From: Tubiluchus corallicola
Lineage: Eukaryota; Animalia; Priapulida
DNA: 64,000 bases
Assembly: GCA_030141605.1 (NCBI GenBank)
Contig: JAQGDQ010000156.1
Location: forward strand, 186,001-250,000
Direction of reading: 5' to 3'
The notes beneath the pieces are model-generated. The model had not been told where the DNA came from. It did not search any database and was given only the letters and a program-made list of their open reading frames with translations. The position numbers and the translations under genes were made by a program. Every line of letters begins with the position of its first letter. The stretch's first letter is position 1. Shown piece after piece: positions 38,501-58,711 of the stretch.

Positions 38501-41500
38501 TAATGTTAGACATGAGGTACAGAATCAGCCTCGGGTCATTCGATCTCCAACCAAAGTTCGGCGGAAATTCAGAGTACCACAAGGATCACTCTAGTAAAAA
38601 TGTAGCTCTTTCAACAAGGTGCAGCCCTTCCTCACCACTCGTGGGTGGGCTGTGAGGGACTTTTTCAATGCAGGATGCCTGATTTGCCATTGGATTAGTC
38701 ACTGAAGTTCTTGATTTCACAGAAGATCGTAGCAAAAATAGCAAAGCCTACTAGTACAGTAACTCTTTTTCGATTTTCTTCTAATTCGACTAAAAGAATT
38801 GCCCAAAGTTTTAATTCATCTCTACCAATTTGCAAACATTTTGCTTTGTTTGTTAAAAAAATGCAGAAAATGTAAACTTCTGGGACACCCTGTATTTTGA
38901 TATTTGAAAGAGTAGCTTTCCTAAATGTATCACGAAGTTTTCTCAAAGTTAGAGAATTTTGAATTTGTCTCGTAATCTAAAATAAATCAGTAGAGTTTGC
39001 TTCCCCCGAGCACATTGCTAAATTTTTTTTTGCAATATTTTTGACAAGTTTTTAATTGTATAGATAAGATTACATATAAGCTACAATCACTTGAATAGTT
39101 TTCCCAAGTTTTGGTGTGAATGTGAATGTTATTATTTTTTCTCGTGTTTTGCTCATTGCACAAAGGAAAGGTGTAAAATTAACACACAGTATTTGGAAAT
39201 TGGACTTGTGTTATATTTCTCCATTACGTTCGTCAGAAATGTCATACATAATTGTTTCGTAACTTAGTTCTGTGTATATTACTAGTGTTTTATGTGAATG
39301 TCATCATGTTCAGACTAGTACGAAACCATATTGCTATTGTTTTTCTTTGCAGAGGTGGCTTATACCAGTTATCATTGTCATAGCCGTTATAGCAGTCGTA
39401 TTAATTCTGGCTCTTGCTGTGGCACTCTGGAAGAGGTATTTAGCTAAATTTTTATCATAACTGAGTTTTTGACTATCTCTGAATATTATGCAAACACTGT
39501 ATGGCAGAATAAGCGGTCTAATATCACTTATTCTGAGTGGTGTTATGATTCTGTACTGCCCTGCGCCTAGAGGTTCTTGGACCTGCAAATATGGATAAAG
39601 TCTGTGGCCTATGATATTTTGTCCAATATTTAGATGTACACTTCAGTTAAACAATGTCTATGCAAAGAATAAAATATGTTTCAACTGTGTTTAACTACAG
39701 CAACTCAACAGCAGTTAAGCTGCTTTAGTACAGTAGACAATGGCATATTTTAACCAATGGCTTGCCTGAATTGCTACAATTGTTATACCCAACCAGCGGC
39801 GCCAGGCACACGTAGCCCAGCTAAAAAGTATATAACCAATCAAAAACGCCCTTTAAGATTATATCTTGTATTTTAGCAAACAGAAATGTAAAAATTTTTC
39901 TAATGTTGGACAACAATTATACTGCACCTACTTAAAACTACCCATGTGCAGAATAACAATGCATGACAGAGTTCAATTCACTGAAGTCTTGTGTGCATCA
40001 CTTTTTGTGATTAGTACACCTGCTGTATTTTGGGCAAAGTCGGTGAAGATTTAGTTTAGTGAGTTTATGCTATTGGTTTTTATCATTTTGAATGCCTTCC
40101 CGTTTTTAGTCATGTTAAAAACATTTCGCATTAATTGAATTCAGCAAAAGTGAGAACTATGAAAGTCAATGGTACATTTTTGGTTTTTCGTTTGATTAGT
40201 ACTTACTGTGATGCCTCGAGAATTTCACCCACCTATCAAATCCGAACATAAGTCTACTCATTACCAGGAATGAAAACACGTTGTGTGGTGAGGCGCATGA
40301 TACAGAAAACTGTGAATTGTGTTTCCTGACTTGGTGTTTTTCCTTTTTACCTTAAGTGTATGGATACTTGTTGTCTGCAAACGGGACAGCGACAGCAGCA
40401 CAAGAAAGTGTTTTTTACAAATGTGTTTCATTAAACAAAATATAAGAAATGAGACTTCATTCTTAAGTCACAAAAAACTCACAGTTATTCAACTTTTGCC
40501 AACGGTTTTCAACTGCAGTAAGCAGTGTTGTGCTTGAGCAAAACTGTGTGGAATTTACTCCACTCTGGTTTTCCATTTGTTAGCGAAATGAAGATCTAAA
40601 ATTTTATTAAAGCAAATTCTTTCAAATCTATTGTTGTGAATATTGAATCTTTGTCTAGGATTCGAAACAGTGCCTTACTCATTTAGATATTGCTGTTGTT
40701 CTTGTTTTACGCATGCCATTATAGCTGATTGTTAATGAGCAATCCCTGCTCACCTTTCTATTTCTTGATCTACATTGTTTACCTGTGGGTGTTGAGCTTG
40801 TGTCATGCAAACAAATCTTTTGACAACACACTCGCTACAATGTAATAATTTTTTCTGTTCTTCGGTTTAGGCATCTGGCAATCTTGTTAATTATAGACTG
40901 TGTCCAACAACAACAAAATTGTTCCTAAAATCACCTTCATTCAATGATACTAAGAACCAAATATTTTTGATAGACTAGGTGGCGCTTGTGTAAATGTGGT
41001 CTAGTTGCCTTTGGAGTAACTTTTCATAATGTACGTGCCTTGTTTTCATTACCACTTTTTGTTTCATCAATGTCTGCATGACTCTACCATGCCAACCATT
41101 CCGTTATTGGTCTGAGTTTCCATGTATTAGTGTTGTGTTGTACTACTGTTAAACAAATTGATGTAACAAACTTAAAACATTTAATGTAGATAAACAGTTT
41201 AATTAACACCATTTCATGTAAAGTAATATTTATTTTTTATGTCTATTACAATTGTTATCAATTACTGGACAGTTCGTTATTACAAATAGAATTTTAGTAA
41301 AAAAGTTGCAAAGGAGTAAGGTGCTACTTCTCAACAAAAACTAAACTTTAGTGCCACTATTTGGACATCCGCTACTGGAAAATCATATTATCATTTGGTA
41401 ACTTCCATTAGGAAATTGAAATATTGACATTAATGTTCTTTATTTCTTGCATTGTCTTTTCTTATGGATAACTTGTGGGCATATCAGCTTTCCTATAACA

Positions 41501-43970
41501 CACGAATAAAATCCTCTTATGTTGTAACTGCTTGAATGAAATTTGATCCCACTTGTAAAAAAGATTGCACATTAGTAATGTTAGTAATGTTACTAGCTAG
41601 CTTATAATGCCTCTTTAGTATTGCTTATTACACCGTGATCTATGATAAAGTAATATAGTTGATGTTTTTTAATTTTTTGGTGAATTATCATTGCTATTGA
41701 TCGTGTAAGTATATCTGGTGTACCTTAGTAATAGCAGTTTTTTAACGGCATGTTTAAGGCAAAACAATCTATAACAATTTTGTGCTGTTCACCATTATGC
41801 AGACACTGTTTAACAAAATTTTGTCTGTCTTGTTGATGGCTTCATCTGTGTGTTACATTACACTTTGTTGTATTGTTGGTGCTGCATTTAAATACCACTA
41901 GTTCTAAAATGCATTTTTGTTTCCAGGCACAAGTCGAGACAAGAAAAAATAGCAAAAAGAAAATATGATCCTAAGATGTATGACAGGGAAAATTTCAGCG
42001 AACCCAGCACCGCCTACGGACAGCGACCCACAAATGGTTATAGTCGAGGTTCAGGGATGCAGAACGGCACAGGTACGTACCAAAGTGCCCAGAGTTTTGA
42101 GAACAGAGGATACGACAGCACCTTGGAAGGACGTTCGAGATACAGCGGGTACAGTGGTGTGGTACCGCACGCTCGACCAGGAGCCGGAACTCCAGGATAC
42201 GATCAGGGAACAATGTCCAGTTATAGGAGTGGCCATGAAGATAGATACGTTAGTCATGACTACATTGTGGAGCCGCATCAACGGATAGAAGCTAGGTAAG
42301 TTTATTTTGCCCTAAAAAATTCTTATTTTGCTCTCTTTCTGCTCACCTTGCAAACTAACATTATTATAATAGTCGTAGGTGACACTAAAAATTCGACAGA
42401 AACAGATTTCTTTAGTTACTACTTACTTCGACGTTCAGCTTTTGATGAAGTAATTGAGTCAATTTTGAGACAAACAGATTTTTTTTATACTGCAGATTTT
42501 CTTTATTTCTGTACATTGACATCATTAAAGCTGTAAGACAAATAACTTATGGTGGCAATATTTTTCTTTGCATCATTCTAGACTTATAATGGTTGATGTA
42601 ATGTCACTAAAAACACAGTTTTACACATTCAAATCCGCATTTGAATTGTACATTAGAATTGCTCCCAAAAAGTTCTCTTTTTTGTTGTTGGCATTTCAGA
42701 TTTTTTTGGTTTATTGTTTGTTGTACTACTTGCTTACGTAGTCTAGTATGCTGTTTTTGTCTGGATACAATCACTAATATTTGTTAGTCTCTGTAAAAGC
42801 TGTGTTATCTTGTAGGTACTCTAATACTATCTACATGTAGTCTCGGAGAAACTGTCAGGTACTAACATCTTCATAGCATTACTAACAGTTACTTTCTAGT
42901 TTAAGGCTCCCGTCTCAAGTTGGTTTGATATTCGACATTCGATTTTCAATATTGAACGTAAGAATAGTAGTTTGATGTTTGAGATTCGCCTTATTAAAGG
43001 AAACCTTCCAACACCTCAAATCTCTTCATTTCTAGTTTATTTACCCTGTCCAATTCAAACACAGGAAGTAAGATAAAAATAGTAGAAGATGATTAAAACA
43101 ATTGTGTTTTAAAGAAAGCCTTATACAGCCAGTAAAATGGCATAATATTCTGAGTGAAGATTTATATTGTTGTTTGGTTGTCTGTCTGTGTCTTTGTGTG
43201 GTTACCTGTACAAGTGTTGGTGCAACCAGAGAAAGTTTGCAACACCTCAGCGAGAATATATACTTGTCACTAGCTCATTATCTATCTAATCGTAAGGGTG
43301 CCTGCATGTTGCAAACTTTCGTGCTCCCGTATCCGGGCACTTTTCCCAAGTTTCACATTCAACAAGTATTAAAATAAATGTTTAAAGTGCTGGTGCAACC
43401 AGAGAAGAGTTTTGCAACACGTCAGCGAGGACAGACAACTAAACAACAATATAAATCTTAACTGGTGATGCCAAGCCATTTTGTTGGCTGTGTAAAACTT
43501 TTTTCAAAACACATTTGTTTTAATTCGTCTTCTATTGTTTTGATCTTAGTTCCTATTTTATTTTTAAATTCGTGTGTTTGAATTGGACAGCTTAAATAAA
43601 CTAGAATTGAGGTGAGTTGAGATGTTGCAAGGTTTCCTTTAATAAAGCAAATCTCGAATATCAAACCAACTTGAGACAGGTGTTTAAGCTTCTGTTGGTG
43701 TTTGAGTAATAATTGTGCTCATTGTGTGCTGTAGATAAATATCTATAAGAATTGTGTTAATTTTTTACTATTATTAACGTAAAGTTTTATGTTTTTGGGC
43801 AAAAATTATCCACTTTATTTTGCTATATTATGTTATCTAGCCACAGAGGAAATGCAGTTAGATTTAATTGCACTTTTATTATGTGCATCATATTGTGTAT
43901 TGCAATTAATTTTGCATGTAAAACTCATGCAATTTTTTTTTGTTTTTACAGGCCAAGCAGAAAGCATTGA
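859..43970 (+). CDS. Multi-exon type I transmembrane protein with repeated extracellular CxC...AxxxAW modules (family not recognised; 5' end not identified)
   Basis: 13 GT-AG exons with matching phases traced by hand: 859-1036, 2497-2696, 3892-4157, 31247-31426, 33169-33297, 34609-34678, 36007-36094, 36306-36453, 37393-37465, 37996-38194, 39353-39435 (TM: WLIPVIIVIAVIAVVLILALAVALW then KRHK), 41927-42295 (Tyr/Gly/Ser-rich tail), 43952-43970 (RPSRKH*). The joined frame has no stops. The tail could alternatively end at the in-frame TAA at 42299. Confidence 0.8.
1440..2072 (-). pseudogene. Relic fragment of a third CLCA copy (part of exon 11 plus adjacent intron)
   Basis: About 1820-2072 aligns by eye with about 8890-9145 (gtcgtactattacaaacaaggactgcacttcacc is identical), and 1440-1478 resembles 8855-8888. 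The exon remnant reads E*ALREVNATNGEVQSLFVIVRQ versus EWALREVDASNGEVQSLFVIVRQ, with TGG changed to a TGA stop. Confidence 0.8.
2681..3813 (+). repeat. 46-bp minisatellite, about 24.6 copies, spanning an exon 3' end and splice donor
   Basis: Unit ggattgtctccgaatggtaagtaacataattgtgacggtgttgtca. Copies start at 2681, 2727 and so on to 3785 with an exact 46-nt period. Confidence 0.97.
5394..15654 (-). CDS. CLCA: Calcium-activated chloride channel regulator family protein, copy A (17 coding exons)
   Basis: Signal peptide MDRVLIFVTFWWSAWLYGGYA followed by ITLKDNGY; zincin motif LVHEWAHLRWGVFDE; Cys-rich IVEFCDDTHHN; vWA MIDAS VIDTSGSM, GGTSIGAG and SDG; ADVKRHDGVYS; FnIII-like PPSDIKNL...WTAPGKDLD; Thr-rich stalk, TM segment and tail ending KGYVV*. 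Exon phases are consistent and no stops were found. Confidence 0.93.
6490..6785 (+). mobile_element. Dispersed repeat containing a tRNA-like (Pol III A/B box) segment; SINE-like
   Basis: A-box-like tagttcagttgg at about 6590 and B-box-like gagttcaaatcc at about 6630. Homologous copies at about 18198-18487 and, split by an insertion, at about 50655-50782 plus 51163-51318. Confidence 0.55.
8040..8250 (-). repeat. 106-bp exon-end/donor duplication in CLCA-A (2 copies, one degenerate)
   Basis: tttacctgatccagtgtcatataatt occurs at about 8075 and 8181 and repeats the end of the exon encoding EQPGSSTVELELYDTGS. Confidence 0.85.
14790..15415 (-). repeat. 124-125-bp minisatellite (about 5 copies) multiplying the splice acceptor of CLCA-A exon 2
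   Basis: tcctagaaga starts at 14821, 14946, 15071, 15195 and 15319. Only one copy is present at the corresponding site in CLCA-B (about 29355). Confidence 0.93.
17114..29692 (-). CDS. CLCA: Calcium-activated chloride channel regulator family protein, copy B (17 coding exons)
   Basis: Same exon structure as copy A. HEWAH and DTSGS are retained. The coding indels seen relative to A are in frame (9, 30 and 21 nt). Ends KGYVV*. Confidence 0.92.
19888..20310 (-). repeat. 106-bp exon-end/donor minisatellite in CLCA-B (4 copies)
   Basis: The donor-spanning motif occurs at 19923 (degenerate), 20029, 20135 and 20241, a 106-nt period. Confidence 0.92.
22745..25229 (-). mobile_element. Non-autonomous Helitron, four head-to-tail units
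   Basis: Absent from copy A, where the empty site reads attaaaaa|taacattt at about 10668. On the minus strand it starts with TC, ends with CTAG, sits between A and T and has no TSD. A subterminal hairpin cgcaaaa-tc-ttttgcg precedes CTAG. Internal CTAG|TC junctions at 23573/23574, 23918/23919 and 24375/24376. Confidence 0.9.
32173..33024 (+). mobile_element. hAT (Buster/Charlie-like) DNA transposon remnant
   Basis: 32571-32720 encodes CEQGFSSIMNMKTKKRNRLDVESDARVALSLTKPRIEKLASEKQAHPSH*, typical of the Buster/ZBED5-type transposase C-terminus. The right end gtttgggaaccactg is the reverse complement of CAGTGGTTCCCAAAC and is followed by ctcTAaac. The left end tagaggtgcccaaagt is degenerate. Confidence 0.8.
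33393..33850. mobile_element. pogo/Tigger-like MITE, copy 1
   Basis: TIRs cagtcaacctagggtataagg and ccttatatccgaggttgactg, flanked by TA on both sides. A homologous copy lies at 48772-49253. Confidence 0.88.
42912..43677. repeat. Long imperfect inverted repeat (foldback/MITE-like) in the last intron of the host gene
   Basis: Arms of about 250 bp: gtctcaagttggtttgatattcga at 42912 pairs with tcgaatatcaaaccaacttgagac ending at 43677, and similarity continues inward. The spacer holds a direct repeat ggtgcaaccagagaa at about 43219 and 43391. Confidence 0.8.
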
Positions 43971-46706
43971 AGGCTCAGTGAGTGAAGTATTTGACTCATC
44001 ATGCAACTAAATTTGCACATCAAAAGTTAACAATTAACCAGTTAATGTTGTTTTGATATGGTGCTGATCGTGAAAGCAAGCAATAGTGTCTGTAATTACA
44101 TGTACTCATGTAGTTTTGTGATATCTGTGATCGTGGGACATTAACACCTGTAGCAGGTACTACGGGTTCTTTTACTTTTTGGTTTTTATACTTTTTCTTT
44201 TTGTTAATATTAACTTAATTAATTATAGTGTGAAGGTGTTTGGTTCTTCAATGTTAAAGATGTATCCGTGTTCCATTAGTAATGATAGTTTGCACTTAAC
44301 TGTTTTGTAATTAAATGCTTCCATTTCATCTTGTAGCACATTAGCATAGCAAATGCTGCTTAGACACTGGGTTGGCTCAACATTTCATCATTTTTACCCA
44401 CCTGAATTGATAATCTGATATTTACACTAACATTAATAATTTTCTGCGAGTTTGTTGTAGCAATGATACACCTTGGTAAATGTTGCCTCATGAATTGTAA
44501 ATCTCGACACTGATTATGCGTCAGTGTGACAACTTTTTAGCATCTGCTTTTTATTAATGTGAATATCTTGAAAATTAAGAAATTGCTATTTCTAACTCTG
44601 CACTCTACATTTTAATGTGATTATGAGACCATTCGTTTTTATTGCTACTAGTCTTACTAAAGGTTAGAATTTTTAAGAGCATAACATCAAACTCCATAAA
44701 TTTCAGGCACATTATTTTTATTCTTTTTTAGTCTTCCAAATTCAAACAATTTTTATGACCTCAAAAATGAAAAGACTTGCATCTATGCTTTGTTCGTATC
44801 TTAAAATTACTTTGCTATAAATAGAAATAAGTATATGCTGCAAATTAAGAAGTTTACATTCCTAACATGTCCCAAAAATATGTGGGACTAATTCAAATTG
44901 TATTACATTTTCTGTATCATGTGAAATTTGCTACTGCATAGAAATATTTGTTACCATAGTTAACAGTAATTTCACGTTCTGACACACTGTAAATGTATGC
45001 ACCTAGTGGATTGCTAAAATAGTTCCTAGTTAGTTTAGAATACATCTAATGGTTTATTTTGTGCATTTGTTGTGCCTGGAGAATTCAATGCTCACGCTGC
45101 TGTTTTGCAGCCTTCGTTATTTAATAAAGACAATTACATTGTAAACAATTATTTATAATGTTAGTGTTTTATTCCTTGTATGCACGTATGTACAAACGCT
45201 GCTTTATACAAAGTTTTGCAGCGTCATAGTAAAAAAAATCACTATTTCCAGACTGCAGTTATAAGCTATTTCTAAGTAACTTTTTTAATTTAAAATCATT
45301 AAATTACAGTTATAATCTACAAAACAAAATTCATTCCAGCATTCTGCAAGATACTTCTGATTTTTACAAGCTGCATGAGACCGCCTTTAGTGATGCCCGG
45401 ATGCTTAGAGATTACTTACTTCAAGAAATAATATTTTACCATACATTTCCTCACTTAACTTCACTACAGTGGCAAATTTTAAATTCTGCTTGAACACTAA
45501 ATGAAAACTTTAACATTCAACTCTCTGCAAGTCTGAATCCAGTATTCAGCAAAACCACTTTCTGAACGTGGCAAAACAGAAACGTAACTCACGATCAAAG
45601 CTATACCTTTTAAAATGAACCAAATAATGGGCAGAAGTGTCTTAGTCCCATTTGGATGTCAGTACATCATTTCTCTATGAGGTAAAAACAACCAGAACAG
45701 CGTGGCAAATGGAAACTGCCAGAAGATGTATACCTCCCGTCATTAACAAACCATTCTCGACTTTGGTTGCTGGCCACTACACCAATACCACTCGGCTACA
45801 CTCTCACCTAGATTTAATTTTCTTATGTCAATTCTAAGAGAGCTGTTTAAGTAAATCTAGTCCCCTGTTAGGCTTGCATGATTGAATCTACCGAGCTAAT
45901 GTGACGCCATCTGTACTGTTGTATCACAAACATCGTAAACTTGATGCTTGCTGTGTAAAGATAATATTGCCTGTGCAGGTACATAGTTCTCCAGCAGCAG
46001 TTTCATTTGTACTTACATACTTTAAGAAGTACTTAAATTACTTACTATCATTGTCATAACGACAATACTGCACCAACACAACTACAGCATACATATACTA
46101 GAAACTAAAGCGAATGTTTATAAAAAAACTCTCAATTTTTACAATGTACGATAAAAATAGCTACAAAATTACCTATAATTTTATGAGAATAGTCACTGTA
46201 TTACTCCTGCAGTAATATTTACTTTTTTATGTTTAATTAAAAGTGACTTATAATTAATGTACACAAGAAATGTTAAATTTATATGAGTAAATGATCATTG
46301 GAAAACAGTCTCATAATTAAAATTCAATCTCATTATACCACATAGTTTGGGAATGCAAAAAAGATTGCATTAAGAGAGTTTGGCATTATAACGAAATGCA
46401 TTAATACATGTATCTATATAAATTTAAACAGTTCTGCCAAAAATATGAGTTTTAAGGGAGTTTACAATGATAAAGGTCAGGTGTTATAGCAAAATTTGAC
46501 TGTACGTTATTTCCTAAGTATGGCCTTCATTTAACTACGTTTCATTTAGCACTGACTTTTCTGGTACACATTACTATCTACAAGCGAAGAATTCCTGATA
46601 CTAACTATCAATTGTACAAGTACAAAACTTATACATGCAGCTGTTAAAAAAACCAGTGATGGTTTGTATCGAATGCATGTACTTACTGAAATTAGGAAAC
46701 ACAGAA

Positions 46707-54475
<7,769 letters not shown>

Positions 54476-56675
54476 GTTTGATATTTACCTACAATAGATA
54501 AAACAAATTAATAAGCCAGCAGCAATAGCAGCAGTACCAGCACAGCAAAGCCTTTTTTAGCTCACCAAAGCTGAATTTGGATTGGTGACCCCAACAATAA
54601 TTCTGCGCTTACAATTTGAAAGTCACAAATCCCTTCAAAAAGTACTTCTTTATATGTGTTGACTTTACGAACTAATCTCTGTCTTCAGCAAACCTCTAAT
54701 TTGTGTTCCAATAAGTGGCAGACAAATGAAAAACATAAAATTTTGTAAAATAAAAAACACAATGTGTATGCTTGCAGACCAAACCGTCCATAAGTTGGCA
54801 TAGTTAAAACTACGTTACGATGCTTCAAAGTAGAATGACCCAAAAATTTAGTCAAAGGTCAATGTTTTCGTATTTTGTAAAAATACTAATTATACTAAAA
54901 AATAACAACACTAAATATACTGGACTTTTATATTCTAGAAAAGTGTTATCAAGAAAGTTATCTATTATCATGAAAATACACAAAAATTTAATTTTACTAC
55001 TCCTTAACCACTTTCTATCTAGAAACTAGCACTGCAATTGAAAAAAAAACTCCTATTTTCAAACTCCAATAGCAGCTCCTGGCAACTGTCATTTTGCTTT
55101 GGTTCTTTTCTGTTGCCAAGCCCAGACCTACAGGATTTAAACAGAACTTCAATGTTCTCTTGCAAAGTCCGTAGCAACCAACATTTGTGTGGTTTTGAAG
55201 AAACACGACAAAAAACAATAGCTAACTTTAAATGGGATTTTCTCAAGATTATGTTTTTTAGTGCGTAGCCTGTAACTCAACTTCAATGTTGATTATCTCA
55301 ACTTAGAAACAACATACATTGATGAACTTGGTATCAAAATGATCCTCATGAAATGAAGATTCGGGATATGTGACTAACTAGCAAACCTTAATTGCCGACT
55401 GATGGACGATTTTGCTATGCAAGCACACATATAGCTAAAGCGAAAGACACATTTAAAGTCTTTTTACCTGAGATGTTACAGGCTTTTTCAATTTCACCCA
55501 CTTATGGTCAGGCCTATCATTGTTAACATAATACTAACTCCTTGAGGAGCGTACAATGTCACAATCAAGATGGTGATACTCAACCATATTCAACTTTCAA
55601 GCACAATGAGTATTTTGCTATACAAACCAAATGCAAAATTTTATTTGACAAAAATGCTTATTTTTATTCAGGCCTAATAAAAATTTGACTATAGCACTAT
55701 CAATAGAATTAATCCAAATTTTGCAGTAAGGGTGATGAATGATGACACAATGCTACATCACTTGTCTTAAAAACTTGAGTAAAATTAACGAATACAGTTA
55801 AGGACAGAAGACAAGCAAGCTAGAGAAAGACTGTTAGTTCATGTTTTTCTGTAACATAAATATTAGGAAAGTTTACATTTTTTAGGTTGTGCAGTCAATA
55901 AGGACAAACTTTCAGTATAAATTGTGCAAAGTGTATTGCATAGCATTGTTTTTGGCTATCATAGCTGCTGTCTGATTTCAACATGCAAGTGATGAGGTAG
56001 AATACAATATTATGATGTGAGAAGCACGGTGCCATTTATTGGTTGACTGTACCAACCGGTTTCATGCCTGTTTGAATTTAGACCGATATTTTGCAATATA
56101 TCCAATGCACAACATAGTGGATTGACGATCAGTCTTGAATGCACTTTTGTACTCTATTACTTAGGAACATGTATTAATACTAGCAAAACTAATAGACTAT
56201 AACTTAATAAAGAAAACAAAAAATTGCAGGCAAACAATAATACAGCCATAGTTAAAAGCTCCACGATCCGGTTATTAACTACTCTCCATGATGAAGTAGA
56301 TTTCAGAAAAATGTGCTCAACAGCTCCTAACATAAAATCGTCTTTTTGGGAAATGGTTCAGTGACGCTAGCCTATGGGTGGCATTGAGCGCACCACAGTA
56401 ACTCCACTGTTAAATTTATTTGTGTTCTCTGAACACATTCTTTGAGAGATGATTCTATAAATTAATCACACGATAAATAGCAAAATGTTTCCGTATAAAA
56501 TCATTTTAAAATCTAGTATTATGGTTACTCACACTCACAGTAGTTTATCACGCTTTCTCTCCAGCAATCTGGGATATCAACTCCGTTCAACAACCACTTA
56601 CAATTACTGCTTTTACGTACGACTACATATACAGTAAAGCGGGCATACACACCCAAGCGCCTAAGCTACAATAAT

Positions 56676-58711
56676 CGTCGTCGTCGGCTTTCACTCGTTT
56701 CCGAGTATTGTCCTTTCGGTCAAAGTTACTAGCTGTGGTGGGCACGTTGGTGGCTTAACAGCCCGATCCTTGCTCGAAACATTCTGGTGCGTTTGTCACA
56801 TTGGATGGTGGGAGTTACCTGAGGTTGACGGGCCTTCTCTTTCCTTCGTTGACGTTTGGCTTCAATTGCTGCTAGTCTGGTTGTTTCAAAATGCTCAGTC
56901 CCTTCCTGGATGACTCTTCTCCACTTTGTTCGCTGCCGCGCTGTCTGTTCCCAGGTTTCTGGATCGATCCTTGCTGATTGCAGGGTTTCTTTTAGTTGGT
57001 CCTTGTAGCGGCGCCTAGGGCGGCCCAGGGGGCGTTTTCCAGTGCTCAGCTCACTGAAGAGGATCCTTCGGGGAAGTCTGTTTTCGTCCATACGTGCTAC
57101 ATGACCTGCCCACCTTAGCCGATGTTTCGTAATCATAGCTTCTATACTAGTGGTGTTGAGTCTCTCGAGAACTGAATTATTGGTGACATAATCATCCCAT
57201 CTGATGTTGGAAACTGAGCGAAGCTTTTTCTGGTGGAACTGTTCGAGTTTTTTCAGGTCTTGGCGGTACAGAGTCCATGTTTCACATCCGTAAAGGAGTG
57301 TGGAAACGACAATAGCATTATAGACCATCAGCTTGGTTCGACGAGTTAGATGAGCATTACCAAAGACACGGGTTGAGAGTCTGCCGAAAGCGGCATGGGC
57401 AGCTCTAAGCCTATTTTCCACATCCTTTGTTGAGTTGCACTGGACGGAGAGTAGACTGCCCAGGTACGGGAAATGTTCAACACATTCTAGATCTGCACCA
57501 TTAATGGAAATGTTACATACTGGTGTGTCTGCTTCAGGTGATGGTTGGACAATAACTTTGGTTTTTCCTATGTTGACTGTAAGGCCAAAGCGAGAATATG
57601 CGTCACAGAAGTTGCTGACTGATTGTTGCAGGTGATTGGCTGAGTGGGCTGGTGCCGCATTATCATCCGCATATTGCAGCTCTGTCACTCTGAAGGTTGT
57701 GGTGCGGTTCCTGGCTCGAAAACGCGACAGATTGAAGAGCCCCCAATCAAAGCGGCATCTCAATTCCACCCCTGGATTGTCTGGTGGAAGGTCATGAAGC
57801 ATAGCAGTGAGATAGAGTGAAAAGAGCGTTGGTGCGAGGACACAGCCTTGTTTTAGTCCACAAGTGATTGGGAACTCTTCTGAGATAGTGTTTTGATTGA
57901 TAACACGTGCCGTCATACCATCATGCATAGCTTGTATCATCTTGATGAAGTCATCTGGAAGACCAAAACGTTGCAGGACAGCCCACATGGCTTCTCTCGG
58001 AACGCTGTCATAGGCTTTTTCTAAGTCATAGAACACGAAGAAGAGAGGCTTCCGCTGCTCACGGGCCTTTTCCTGCAGTTGTCGCGCACAGAAGATCATA
58101 TCAATGGTCCCACGTAAAGCTCAGAACCCACACTGAGATTCAGGTATGATCCTTTCTGCAACCTCCTGAAGACGGTTGAAGATAATTCTTGACAGAATCT
58201 TTCCGGCAATTGAAAGCAGTGATATCCCCCTGTAGTTTCCACACAGGTTGCGATCCCCCTTTTTAAAGATAGTGACAATGAGTGCGTTTTTCAGGGCATC
58301 TGGGACTCGTTTTGCTTCCCACATTTGAAGCATCAGGTTGAACAGTCGGTTCTTGAGAGCAGGTCCACCATGACTGATGAGTTCCACTTGGATATTGTCG
58401 GGTCCAGCAGCCTTCCCTCGAGGCATACGCTTAATGGCTGTTTCAAACTCAATAAAGTTGGGTGGAACCGATAACTGGGGTTGCAGGGGATGCTGTGGAA
58501 CATTCCTTAGGAAGTCAGCTGCTGTCGTTGAGCTCCGGTTTAGCAAGGTATTAAAGTGCTGTTTCCATCGGTTCAGAATATCTTGGCTCTCGGTCAGGAG
58601 GGTGGTGTTGTCGGCTGACATAAGACTTCCCACTGATGTTCTTCTAGGGCCATAGATCTCCTTGGTGCCTGCGTAGAAACTTCTAAGGTCTCTGCAATCT
58701 GCATGATATGA
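56676..58711 (-). mobile_element. 5'-truncated RTE-like non-LTR retrotransposon (frameshifted reverse transcriptase)
   Basis: ORFs 58121-58633 and 56729-58099 carry RT motifs (GKAAGPDNI, NYRGISLL, PESQCGF, DLEKAYDSV, GLKQGCVLAP, LQYADD, RLRWAGHV) in two frames. Short (GAC)n 3' tail. 9-bp TSD tacaataat at 56667-56675 and 58712-58720. Confidence 0.92.
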
